DNA from: Candidatus Saccharimonadota bacterium
GTDB lineage: Bacteria > Patescibacteriota > Saccharimonadia > Saccharimonadales > Saccharimonadaceae
Length of the DNA stretch: 32,000 bases
Assembly (NCBI RefSeq): GCF_025273655.1
Contig: NZ_CP045921.1
Span: 960,001 to 992,000 of the forward strand
Reading direction: 5' to 3'
The translations under genes and the position numbers were made by a program. The notes under the pieces are model-generated. The model was given only the letters and a program-made list of their open reading frames with translations. It searched no databases and was not told where the DNA came from. The number at the start of each line of letters is the position of its first letter. Within the stretch, counting starts at the first letter, position 1. Shown here one piece after another: positions 15,405 to 22,912 of this stretch.

Positions 15405-15413
15405 GTTTTAGCA
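15405..15413 (-). promoter_or_regulatory. extended -10-like element TGcTAAAAC upstream of the Nudix gene
   Basis: The minus strand reads GTTTATGCTAAAAC. It shares the GTTTATGCTAA core with the element at 362..370 and lies about 45 nt upstream of the ATG at 15361. Confidence 0.3.
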
Positions 15414-15433
15414 TAAACGCTATGAATAGTATA

Positions 15434-16135
15434 TCATATTCCTGGTATATGGGCACGACTAGCGGTATACATAAAGACTTTGACAGCGTGGTTGCCGATG
15501 TAGCGTGAGATTGCAGTGCTCACGGCCTGCACGGCGCAACCAACTCGACCATAGAGGTCTTTGAGTAGGCCTGTCACCAGAGCGTTGATACGTGCGAATT
15601 GGTTATTGCGAAGCAGCTCGTGCACAGTCTCCCTAGGACTGGTAAAGCCCATTTGCTCAAACAGCGCAACCAGCATCTTCTCGAGGCCGGACATCACTTC
15701 GTAACACTCGCGGGCGCTCGACATATATGGCACTTTCTGCTTCAGCGTATCGTCAATTGCTCGCACAAGCATGAGCAATTCGTAGACCTCCCCGTCTTCA
15801 TTTTCATAGTGCGGCACAATTTCTGCGGCTGATATTTCGGGAACTGACTCTGCATGATTAGTCATAACAGTGACATCCTCTTCTGTATCCTGCTCTATCT
15901 CTAGTCGCTCGAGAACAGCAAAAATAGCAGGCTCCGCATCCAGCGCGTAAGTGCTCTCAGCCGTTAGGGTGATATAGGTACCGAATTCATAGGCAGGTTC
16001 AGTGCGTAAAGGTGCTTCTGAAATGTCACCCAGGACGGCAGGTGGTGTCGCTTCATCCGACAGGTCGCCAGCGGGCTTTGCTTCCTCGTAGATTGGTAGT
16101 GGCGTCTGGTGAGCTACTACATCCTCATGCGGCAC
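15434..16135 (-). CDS. hypothetical acidic protein, probably the C-terminal part of a larger frameshifted gene
   Basis: GTG-initiated ORF from the track. The same frame stays open and acidic upstream to 16189 (DGRRTQGGDDRVDLAVTY-). No SD or promoter precedes it. See the finding on 15434..17093. Confidence 0.6.
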   Translation of the reverse strand: MPHEDVVAHQTPLPIYEEAKPAGDLSDEATPPAVLGDISEAPLRTEPAYEFGTYITLTAESTYALDAEPAIFAVLERLEIEQDTEEDVTVMTNHAESVPEISAAEIVPHYENEDGEVYELLMLVRAIDDTLKQKVPYMSSARECYEVMSGLEKMLVALFEQMGFTSPRETVHELLRNNQFARINALVTGLLKDLYGRVGCAVQAVSTAISRYIGNHAVKVFMYTASRAHIPGI

Positions 16136-16202
16136 ATAGGTTACGGCCAGGTCGACACGGTCATCGCCCCCCTGGGTGCGTCGACCATCTCAGCGGTTGC
16201 CG

Positions 16203-17093
16203 TCATGCCTCGGTCTGCCGCCGCCACTGAACGGCTAGCCTCAGTGATGGTTTCTGGAAATACTGCAACAGTAAGCGGTTCAGACGTATCATCGAAATCT
16301 GGTTGCCGTGCCACGCCCAACTCTCCTGGCTGATCCTGGGGTGTGGCTTAACCTCTACTTCAGTCTTTGCCCCTTGTGCTATAGTAATTGGCAGTACATG
16401 AGCATCTGGAACAGTGTGTTCGCTTATCTCCATAGGACGAGGCAATGCGGGAATGTCAATCTCATGGCTCGTCACATCCAGCGCTTCGGTTCGAGTATGC
16501 AACTCCCAACTGGCTGTCGCCTCGTAACTTTTCTCGACACTATCGCCGCTCGGCTGTGTGATTGCCTCCGAGCGAGATGCTTCGAGTGCAGGATGAGATC
16601 TGACACGTCCGGAGACTTTGACTGGCTCCGGTGTAGATACGTCAGCTACTGCTGCGTCGACAGGGGCGGGTTCGACCGGCCGGACAGGATGTATTGTATC
16701 GCGCTGCCGAGGAGTCGTAGACTCTTCATCTGGCTGCGCCTCATGTTGGATCCTTGGCGTGTCTTCATCTAGCTGCTCATCTTCTGCCCTTATTGCATCG
16801 ATCTCAGTCTGCGTCGTCTTGTATTCGTCGGTGTAGGCCACGACGGCGTCGAAACCTTCCAGTACTTTTGATTCCATCATCGGGCATACAGCGAGCATGT
16901 CATCGATCGTGCCAATATGACTACCGTATCGAAACAGCTGATCCCCGTAGTGCTCACGCAGAACCTGCTCTGTCTGCTCTTGTCGATCCTGCCACCCTTC
17001 GCCATGCACGTCGCCCATGATACTCTCGAAAAACGCATCATCCGACATGACTTCTTGCGTTTGTTCGATTGTACCCGCTATTCGTTCGCCCAC
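16203..17093 (-). CDS. hypothetical acidic protein, probably the N-terminal part of the same frameshifted gene
   Basis: GTG at 17093 behind AGGTGA. The sequence is Asp/Glu/Pro/Thr-rich and looks low-complexity. The last roughly 45 residues (RISQESWAWHGNQISMIRLNRLLLQYFQK...) change abruptly in composition, which suggests an out-of-frame read. Confidence 0.6.
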   Translation of the reverse strand: MGERIAGTIEQTQEVMSDDAFFESIMGDVHGEGWQDRQEQTEQVLREHYGDQLFRYGSHIGTIDDMLAVCPMMESKVLEGFDAVVAYTDEYKTTQTEIDAIRAEDEQLDEDTPRIQHEAQPDEESTTPRQRDTIHPVRPVEPAPVDAAVADVSTPEPVKVSGRVRSHPALEASRSEAITQPSGDSVEKSYEATASWELHTRTEALDVTSHEIDIPALPRPMEISEHTVPDAHVLPITIAQGAKTEVEVKPHPRISQESWAWHGNQISMIRLNRLLLQYFQKPSLRLAVQWRRQTEA

Positions 17094-17115
17094 TCTTTTT
17101 CACCTGGTCTTTCTG

Positions 17116-17412
17116 TTATGCATTCCCTCTGCGCGCCATGACTCTGCTCAGGATCTCCTGTCCTAATGCGCGGGCAGCCTCCGCTCTTCGCTCGTCTTGT
17201 CCGATCAATTCGGCATACTTTCGATACTGGACAAATTGCGGGAGGACCGCCTCGTAGCCCTTTGCGGTAATATCATCACCACATATCTCGACTAGCTGTC
17301 CGAGAGGTAAAATAGCAAATTTGTTGGGCGGGATAGGATATGCGAATTCTTGCTCACCACTCCATCCCTGATCATCGGATAATCGTTTTTGTATGTCTTC
17401 TATGCGGCTCAT
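17116..17412 (-). CDS. hypothetical protein (98 aa)
   Basis: AAGGAG lies 4 nt upstream of the ATG at 17412, with TATACT further upstream. No recognisable domain. It is the first gene of an apparent operon with the acidic protein. Confidence 0.7.
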   Translation of the reverse strand: MSRIEDIQKRLSDDQGWSGEQEFAYPIPPNKFAILPLGQLVEICGDDITAKGYEAVLPQFVQYRKYAELIGQDERRAEAARALGQEILSRVMARRGNA

Positions 17413-17469
17413 GCATCTCCTTTTCCCTCCAGTATAGCGAACCTGGGCATTTTCACCCAGTCATAATAT

Positions 17470-18111
17470 CTACCTATACGGGCAGGCTTTTACGAAATTC
17501 GTCACCAATCCTTCGCTCAGCCAGCGCTGCTCGTAGGTGGTGAGAATTTTGTAGTCATTGGATAGTTCCGACTCATGTAGGTCAAAGCTCAGTTCTTCGA
17601 TATGCCAGCCGTCGGACACTAATTGCTCCAGACTCCAGTGGAAAAAGTCGCGATTGTCATGTTTGAGATGTAGCATACCCCTAGGTGCCAATAGCTCACG
17701 GTATTTGGTAAGAAATGTCGGGTTTGTCAGACGCCGCCCTGCCGAGCGCTTGCGCGGAAACGGGTCAGGGAAAGTAACCCATATCAAAGCAAGTGAACCG
17801 GCCTCAAACAGTTCGAGAAGCTGATCTGCACGTGCTCGTACAAACCGCACATTTGTAAGCCCTCGCTCCGCTGCCTGGTATGCGCCATGTTGCAAACGGT
17901 CACCTTTGACATCGAGCGCTACAAACTGCCGTTCAGGATAGCGCGCTGCCAACTCTACACTAAACAAGCCGTTACCTGCACCCACCTCTACCACATCTAT
18001 TGCTTGCTTGGCCCATTCGTCGAACTCATAGCACAGCGGTGAATTCGCAAATTTAGCAAAGCGATATTTTTTGCGCTTGCGCGAGATAATAAAGTCGTTG
18101 GGATCGAGCAT
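17470..18111 (-). CDS. trmB: tRNA (guanine46-N7)-methyltransferase
   Basis: VVEVGAGNGLFSVELAARYP..FVALDV and VTFPDPFPRKRSAGRRL (compare FPDPWxKxRHxKRR), with the following DNRDFFHW region, are collinear with TrmB. Its start is coupled to the upstream stop (TAATG at 18111). Confidence 0.9.
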   Translation of the reverse strand: MLDPNDFIISRKRKKYRFAKFANSPLCYEFDEWAKQAIDVVEVGAGNGLFSVELAARYPERQFVALDVKGDRLQHGAYQAAERGLTNVRFVRARADQLLELFEAGSLALIWVTFPDPFPRKRSAGRRLTNPTFLTKYRELLAPRGMLHLKHDNRDFFHWSLEQLVSDGWHIEELSFDLHESELSNDYKILTTYEQRWLSEGLVTNFVKACPYR

Positions 18112-18479
18112 TATTGGACGCTAATTCCCAGTTGGTCGTCGTCGAGCGGCTTCGTGCCGAATCCACTCGTGTCGTGTTTGATGTCTGTCTGCTGATGTGT
18201 ATAGAGTTCGTCAAACTGCTTTAGTGCAGAGCTATCGAGTTTACCAGTAGCTGCGAAGTCATCGTAACGCTTGGACTGCTGGGCGCGCATACGCTCCTCT
18301 TGGAGACCCGGCAGACTAAGGTCTAATTGCGCAGCGCCGCTCATGTTATAGAGATACATAGCCACCACGACTAGCCCCAGCGAGGCCACCACAGAGATAC
18401 CAACCATCAGGAAAAATGTGTTTTTGCCATGCAGCCTTCTCGGTGCAGTAGACTCTTCTGGATTACTCGTTTGCTGCAT
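18111..18479 (-). CDS. hypothetical N-terminally membrane-anchored protein (122 aa)
   Basis: A single TM helix (FFLMVGISVVASLGLVVVAMYLY) followed by a hydrophilic tail. It overlaps the upstream gene by 17 nt. Confidence 0.65.
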   Translation of the reverse strand: MQQTSNPEESTAPRRLHGKNTFFLMVGISVVASLGLVVVAMYLYNMSGAAQLDLSLPGLQEERMRAQQSKRYDDFAATGKLDSSALKQFDELYTHQQTDIKHDTSGFGTKPLDDDQLGISVQ

Positions 18480-19038
18480 CGTTCTTTTTCTCTTCCTCCT
18501 GGACGGCTTTTTTGAACACTACAAATGCGTCATGGTATTGCTGCATTACTTCGTCTGCAGCCTTGAGATCGGCTTGTACGCTAGCGCGCAACTCTTTAAC
18601 GTTTTGGATACTCAAATAGTAGGTCTGCATCTGCGACTGACAGTCGGCTTTGAGCAGTGCCAATACTGCTTCGTCGTATTTGGTGTAGTCGCTGCGAAAC
18701 TTCTCGCGGGCTTTTTCGAAATCAGCCGCGATTTTAATGAGTTCACCGCCATCAAGCTTATTCTCGACGATACGTGAATTTAGTCTACCCATGAGATTGG
18801 TTGACATATTGTCGTAGCCCTGACCAGCCGTAACGCGAAGCAATTTATCTTGACGATGCAATTCACCCAGCTTGAATTTGACCTCCAAACAATCCATCGT
18901 CACAGAATTGTACAGCGACGAGTCATCCGGCTTGAGCTGCCCCTGCTCCGTAGAGACAGCACGCGAGATAGGCGCCGCAACAAGCGATGCCGCGGCAAAC
19001 ATAGTTAGCGTGGCTATGACAGTAAGCGTTCGATACAT
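18463..19038 (-). CDS. hypothetical secreted or anchored coiled-coil protein
   Basis: Starting at the ATG at 19038 gives a signal-peptide-like N-terminus, MYRTLTVIATLTMFAAASLVAAPISRAVS. The track's GTG at 19065 adds 9 residues and lies inside the predicted promoter. Confidence 0.65.
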   Translation of the reverse strand: MYRTLTVIATLTMFAAASLVAAPISRAVSTEQGQLKPDDSSLYNSVTMDCLEVKFKLGELHRQDKLLRVTAGQGYDNMSTNLMGRLNSRIVENKLDGGELIKIAADFEKAREKFRSDYTKYDEAVLALLKADCQSQMQTYYLSIQNVKELRASVQADLKAADEVMQQYHDAFVVFKKAVQEEEKKNDAANE

Positions 19039-19047
19039 ATCGACTAT

Positions 19048-19076
19048 ATTATCCCGGATGCGCACTAGTTAGTCAA
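19048..19076 (-). promoter_or_regulatory. sigma70-type promoter close to the start codon
   Basis: On the minus strand: TTGACT (19076..19071), a 17-nt spacer, GATAAT (19053..19048), then 9 nt and the ATG at 19038. No SD. Confidence 0.45.
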
Positions 19077-19868
19077 ACGTACTTGGTCATCGTACTGTTC
19101 GATAAGTCGTTCGGCGATAAGCTGACCGTAGGCAGAGTCGAATCGCCCATCGCCAGGATCTACACATGCCCGTAACTCGCCGAGTGATATCTCACCACCT
19201 GTCAGCTGTCGTACTATGGCGCCTCGCACTTCGCGGACACTGCCTGCCAGTGGTGACTGCTTGCGATAATGTTTACTCGCCGAGACATTGCGTACACCTG
19301 AACGCTTGAGCCACGAACCGTAATCCATGAGTGCCCAGTAGAATTCTCTAGGGTGGTCACGCCAAAGCGTGGCTTCAAGTCGCTCGAGTATACTCGAGTC
19401 TGTCACATCGCGGCGATCAGCAAAGAAGTGATGCAAGTAAACAGTGCGTACGTTTGTCTCGACGTAAAGCACCGGCTGGTTATATACGTACGCAAGCAAG
19501 GCGCCAGCAGTATTTCTCCCTACACCAGGCAGCGTCACCAGTTCGTCGTGCGTCGCAGGCAGTACACCGCCATGGTAGTCCACTATAGCCCTGGCAGCTT
19601 CATGGAGGAATTTGGCGCGCCGATTGTAGCCTAAGCCACTCCATAGTGTGAGCACATCTGCGAGTGGTGCCCGTGCAAGTGTCTCAAAATCGGGAAAACG
19701 CGCCACAAACGCCTCAAACTTCGGCACCACGCGGTCGACCTGCGTCTGCTGCAGCATAATCTCACTTACTAGCACATAATAGCCGCGGGTGTCGCGGCGC
19801 CAGGGCATATCACGATAGAGCTCACCGCTTAGCTCATGAAGTAGCTGGGTAAATTCTCGGTCCGTCAC
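19065..19868 (-). CDS. HhH-GPD DNA glycosylase, MutY-like adenine glycosylase core
   Basis: VLVSEIMLQQTQVDRVVPKFEAFVARFP...LWSGLGYNRRAKFLHEAA...LPGVGRNTAGALLAY is collinear with the MutY N-terminal domain. There is no Cys4 FeS loop and no C-terminal MutT-like domain. GTG start. Confidence 0.8.
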   Translation of the reverse strand: MTDREFTQLLHELSGELYRDMPWRRDTRGYYVLVSEIMLQQTQVDRVVPKFEAFVARFPDFETLARAPLADVLTLWSGLGYNRRAKFLHEAARAIVDYHGGVLPATHDELVTLPGVGRNTAGALLAYVYNQPVLYVETNVRTVYLHHFFADRRDVTDSSILERLEATLWRDHPREFYWALMDYGSWLKRSGVRNVSASKHYRKQSPLAGSVREVRGAIVRQLTGGEISLGELRACVDPGDGRFDSAYGQLIAERLIEQYDDQVRLTN

Positions 19869-19883
19869 TCTATCAAGTGTAGC

Positions 19884-20465
19884 TTATTTACTGGTAATCT
19901 TTTCTGCAATCTTGCAGTAATCCGCGGCCGTCTCTGTCTGTGCATCCAACATACTAGAGGTTGGGGTTTGTACAAATTGATTCGATTCATCTACGCCTAT
20001 CGAACCGAGCGCAGCTTGCTGCATGGCTCCAGTAGCAGTTTCACCGGGGTTGAGTTGAAACGATAGCGCACCTGCAACTTTCACATCTGCAAGAGCCTTG
20101 CTGTCCACAATCTCTCCATGATGCAGATATGCACCGTAAGTGAACGTTGCAATACTTACCGGCATATTACTTTGATCTCTACGGCCATCTCCGCCTTCGT
20201 GTGTAGTGAGTGTCAGCTCCGCATTATCCGCTAAGACACCGGGTGCATGGAAGTTCCCATTGTTAGCATCTTGAGGCAATTGGAACTTGCCAATCACATA
20301 CTTACCAAGCTCTATAGCGCATCTAGCGCCCTTGGGCAACTCGCTATAGATTTCCGCAGCCGATGGTCTGGTAATTTCGTGGACTGCCGCTCCCTTACTG
20401 CAACCTGATACAATTGCCGCCGTCAGCGCGAGCGCACCACCAAAAGTTTCGACACGTCTTTTCAT
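19884..20465 (-). CDS. lipoprotein of unknown function
   Basis: Signal peptide with a lipobox, MKRRVETFGGALALTAAIVSG|C. Confidence 0.8.
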   Translation of the reverse strand: MKRRVETFGGALALTAAIVSGCSKGAAVHEITRPSAAEIYSELPKGARCAIELGKYVIGKFQLPQDANNGNFHAPGVLADNAELTLTTHEGGDGRRDQSNMPVSIATFTYGAYLHHGEIVDSKALADVKVAGALSFQLNPGETATGAMQQAALGSIGVDESNQFVQTPTSSMLDAQTETAADYCKIAEKITSK

Positions 20466-20491
20466 AATTATATTTTAACATAAATATTAAA

Positions 20492-20523
20492 TAAAAGCAA
20501 CGATGTGCAATCGTTGCTTTTAT
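20492..20523 (-). terminator. intrinsic terminator after the YtxH-like gene
   Basis: AGCAACGAT-gtgca-ATCGTTGCT (20496..20518), flanked by an A-run and a T-run. On the minus strand it is followed by TTTTATTT. Confidence 0.7.
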
Positions 20524-20537
20524 CGATACAGTACGGT

Positions 20538-20912
20538 CTAACGAAGCTTGTTGACGCTTTCGCCGACATCTTTGCCTGTTTTTGTGGCAGTGTCAGCTGC
20601 ACGTCCTAGGCTACGTTTCGCTTGAGTGCCAATACTTTTCGCTTCTTTGCCGATGCGCGATGCACTCGTACTGGCTTTTTTGCTGAAATCACTCGCTTCG
20701 TCCGAAATATCTGCAGCGCCTTTTTTGACTGTTTCTGAGCTTTCTTCGTAGACTTCTTTGGCCTGCTCTTTTTTGACAGCCGCTTTGTCCACCAGCTCAT
20801 CCTTCTTCGCTTTTAGATCTTTGCGGGTTTCTTCACCACTTTTGGGAGCAAAGAGGACACCAGCCACATATCCTGCTGCTGCCGCTGCTGCCATACCTAG
20901 TAGTTTTTTCAT
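20538..20912 (-). CDS. YtxH domain-containing protein (general-stress-type)
   Basis: AGGAGG upstream. The N-terminus GMAAAAAAGYVAGVLFAPKSGEETRKDLK is the YtxH signature, and the remainder is Lys/Glu/Ala-rich helix. Confidence 0.8.
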   Translation of the reverse strand: MKKLLGMAAAAAAGYVAGVLFAPKSGEETRKDLKAKKDELVDKAAVKKEQAKEVYEESSETVKKGAADISDEASDFSKKASTSASRIGKEAKSIGTQAKRSLGRAADTATKTGKDVGESVNKLR

Positions 20913-20926
20913 ATCAGAGTCCTCCT

Positions 20927-21151
20927 TTAGTTGTTGTTACGAAATGCGCGCACAGCCGCCGAAAACACCGTCGTAGGTGACAGCCAGGCGGTAGCCGATG
21001 ACAAGTTATCGGCGATACGCTGGGCATCGGCGACAATCTTGTTGACCTTGTTGAGCACCAGCACCACTAGAACGATCAGAGTGATCAACACCAGTGTGAG
21101 GATGGTCACGAGGATTGTCAGTAGTATGATAGCGAGTTCGATTTGATCCAT
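20927..21151 (-). CDS. DUF948-like small membrane protein
   Basis: AAGGAG upstream. It has an N-terminal TM followed by LNKVNKIVADAQRIADNLS. The pairing with a YtxH gene is the usual arrangement in Gram-positives. Confidence 0.65.
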   Translation of the reverse strand: MDQIELAIILLTILVTILTLVLITLIVLVVLVLNKVNKIVADAQRIADNLSSATAWLSPTTVFSAAVRAFRNNN

Positions 21152-21205
21152 ACATGCTCCTTAAGTTATATTTCTATCGTAGCACAACGGGGGCCCGCAC
21201 GTCGA

Positions 21206-22156
21206 TTACTCTCTGGTGTTTTTGAGACGCTGCGCAAGCTCTTCGTCGGGCGTCTCTACCTCTATCTGGATATGGTGCACGAGTGGAATCTTCTTGTGAA
21301 TGCGTTGCTTGACCGTATCGACAATTCTCTCAACTTCGTCGGTGGTAAAATTATCTGCCAAATGCAACTCCATCACGACGAAAAGCTTAGACGAGCCCAC
21401 ATACATCGTAAGCAGATCGAGCACCGCGTTGACTCCTTTGACAGCCAATGCTTCACGCTTGAGTGCTGCGAGCGTCTTGACATCAACCCCTCGCCCCACG
21501 ATTAGATCGTGAATGTCGCGCACCAACATAACTGCTGCCACCATCATAGTGAGGCCAATCAAGATACTCCCCACTCCGTCGAACTGCGCCAGCCCAGTAA
21601 ACTGGTAGACACCGAGCGCCACCAGTCCCATTATCGCCGCAGACGTACCGAGGAAGTCGATCGCAAACGTCGCCTTGGTCTCAATCAGACTTGAATTAAC
21701 GAGGTGGCGCCACCAGTGTTCACCTTGGTCTTCCCCCTCCTGGTGCAGTCGCCGCAGGCTGAGTGAAAAGGCATAGCCATTGGTACACAAACCAAAAAGT
21801 AACATGGCAAACGCCACCCACACATACTCCACAGCCGATGGGTACATCACTTGCTGATAGCCGAAATAGAGAGACATCGTGCCCGTACCAGCAAACATGA
21901 TGATACTTGCGATCAACACCCAAAAAAAGATTTCGCGGCCATAGCCAAACTGAAACCGTGCATCGGCCGCACGCCTAGAGCGCCTGACACCTACATAGAG
22001 CAAGCCTCCTGTCACAAGATCGCTCAGTCCTTGCAGGGCCTGCGACAGCATGATCGTCGAACCCGTGAGCAACGCCACGATAAGATTGAGCACCACGTCG
22101 GATACGCTCACCAATGCCGATGTCGCAACTACCCGTACGTCAGAGAGTGTAGCCAT
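21206..22156 (-). CDS. cation diffusion facilitator (CDF) family transporter
   Basis: Six TM helices, the family motif RFQFGYGREIFFW after TM2, and a C-terminal cytoplasmic domain (VKGVNAVLDLLTMYVGSSKLFVVMELHL). Confidence 0.85.
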   Translation of the reverse strand: MATLSDVRVVATSALVSVSDVVLNLIVALLTGSTIMLSQALQGLSDLVTGGLLYVGVRRSRRAADARFQFGYGREIFFWVLIASIIMFAGTGTMSLYFGYQQVMYPSAVEYVWVAFAMLLFGLCTNGYAFSLSLRRLHQEGEDQGEHWWRHLVNSSLIETKATFAIDFLGTSAAIMGLVALGVYQFTGLAQFDGVGSILIGLTMMVAAVMLVRDIHDLIVGRGVDVKTLAALKREALAVKGVNAVLDLLTMYVGSSKLFVVMELHLADNFTTDEVERIVDTVKQRIHKKIPLVHHIQIEVETPDEELAQRLKNTRE

Positions 22157-22912
22157 TTAATCTATTGTAGCAGACAGATCGTCAAATTCGAGCATGAGTG
22201 CCAGATGATCAGATACTATGTCATCAAGTACTGCGAATCTTTTTGCTTTGAGATCGCGTGTCAGGATGTAGTCGCACGGTTCGGTCTTAGTAGTGAGGTG
22301 ATTACGAGTCGTCTTTACCTTGTGTTCGAGGGTAAGATTACGTAGCTTGGCGTTGAGTACCTGCATCGATTCACTCTCCGGTATGAGATTGAAATCGCCC
22401 GTAAGCACTACTGGGCCTTCGAGGGTGTCGATATATTCGCCCATCCGTTTACAGGCAGCGAGCGTGTGCTCGTCGCCCTGTTTGTGTTCGCGAATATGAT
22501 AGCCGTGCGTTGTCAGGACATGCAGCAGTCCAGCTGGTGTTTCGACCTGTGCATGCACCACGTTGCGCGCAGCATCGTACGAAATATCTTTGGTGAAGTC
22601 GGTCTGCAACTCGCCCGCTGTCCAGAATTCGTGCGCAAACGTAATCGGATATTTAGACAAAATCATATTGCCCCGCTCGGCCGCATGGTGCATGTAGGTG
22701 AACCGCACTAGCGGACTGAAATAATAGTATTCGAACTCATGTGCCGCCAAGACTTCCTGAATACTGCCGAGCATTTTGCGCCCAGACTCAGTACTCACCA
22801 CTTCCTGCAGACACAGGATATCTGGATCTTCGCGGTCGAGGAGCTGCACGATAGCAGGTGCCAAATGCAGGGACCAGGTGTTGAGTTGGAGGAGTTTCAC
22901 GCTAGCTCTCAA
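22157..22912 (-). CDS. endonuclease/exonuclease/phosphatase (EEP) family protein
   Basis: LLQLNTW...DPDILCLQEV, VVLTGDFNL and the C-terminal SDHLALMLEF are EEP motifs. The start is uncertain: TTG 22912 overlaps the aspS end, and GTG 22900 is the alternative. Confidence 0.8.
   Translation of the reverse strand: MRASVKLLQLNTWSLHLAPAIVQLLDREDPDILCLQEVVSTESGRKMLGSIQEVLAAHEFEYYYFSPLVRFTYMHHAAERGNMILSKYPITFAHEFWTAGELQTDFTKDISYDAARNVVHAQVETPAGLLHVLTTHGYHIREHKQGDEHTLAACKRMGEYIDTLEGPVVLTGDFNLIPESESMQVLNAKLRNLTLEHKVKTTRNHLTTKTEPCDYILTRDLKAKRFAVLDDIVSDHLALMLEFDDLSATID

Noticed and set aside
16109-17141. Plus-strand ORFs (72-154 aa) opposite the acidic-protein genes.
   Set aside because: They lie antisense to a long ORF that is compositionally coherent. 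They are Cys/Arg-rich with no start signals.
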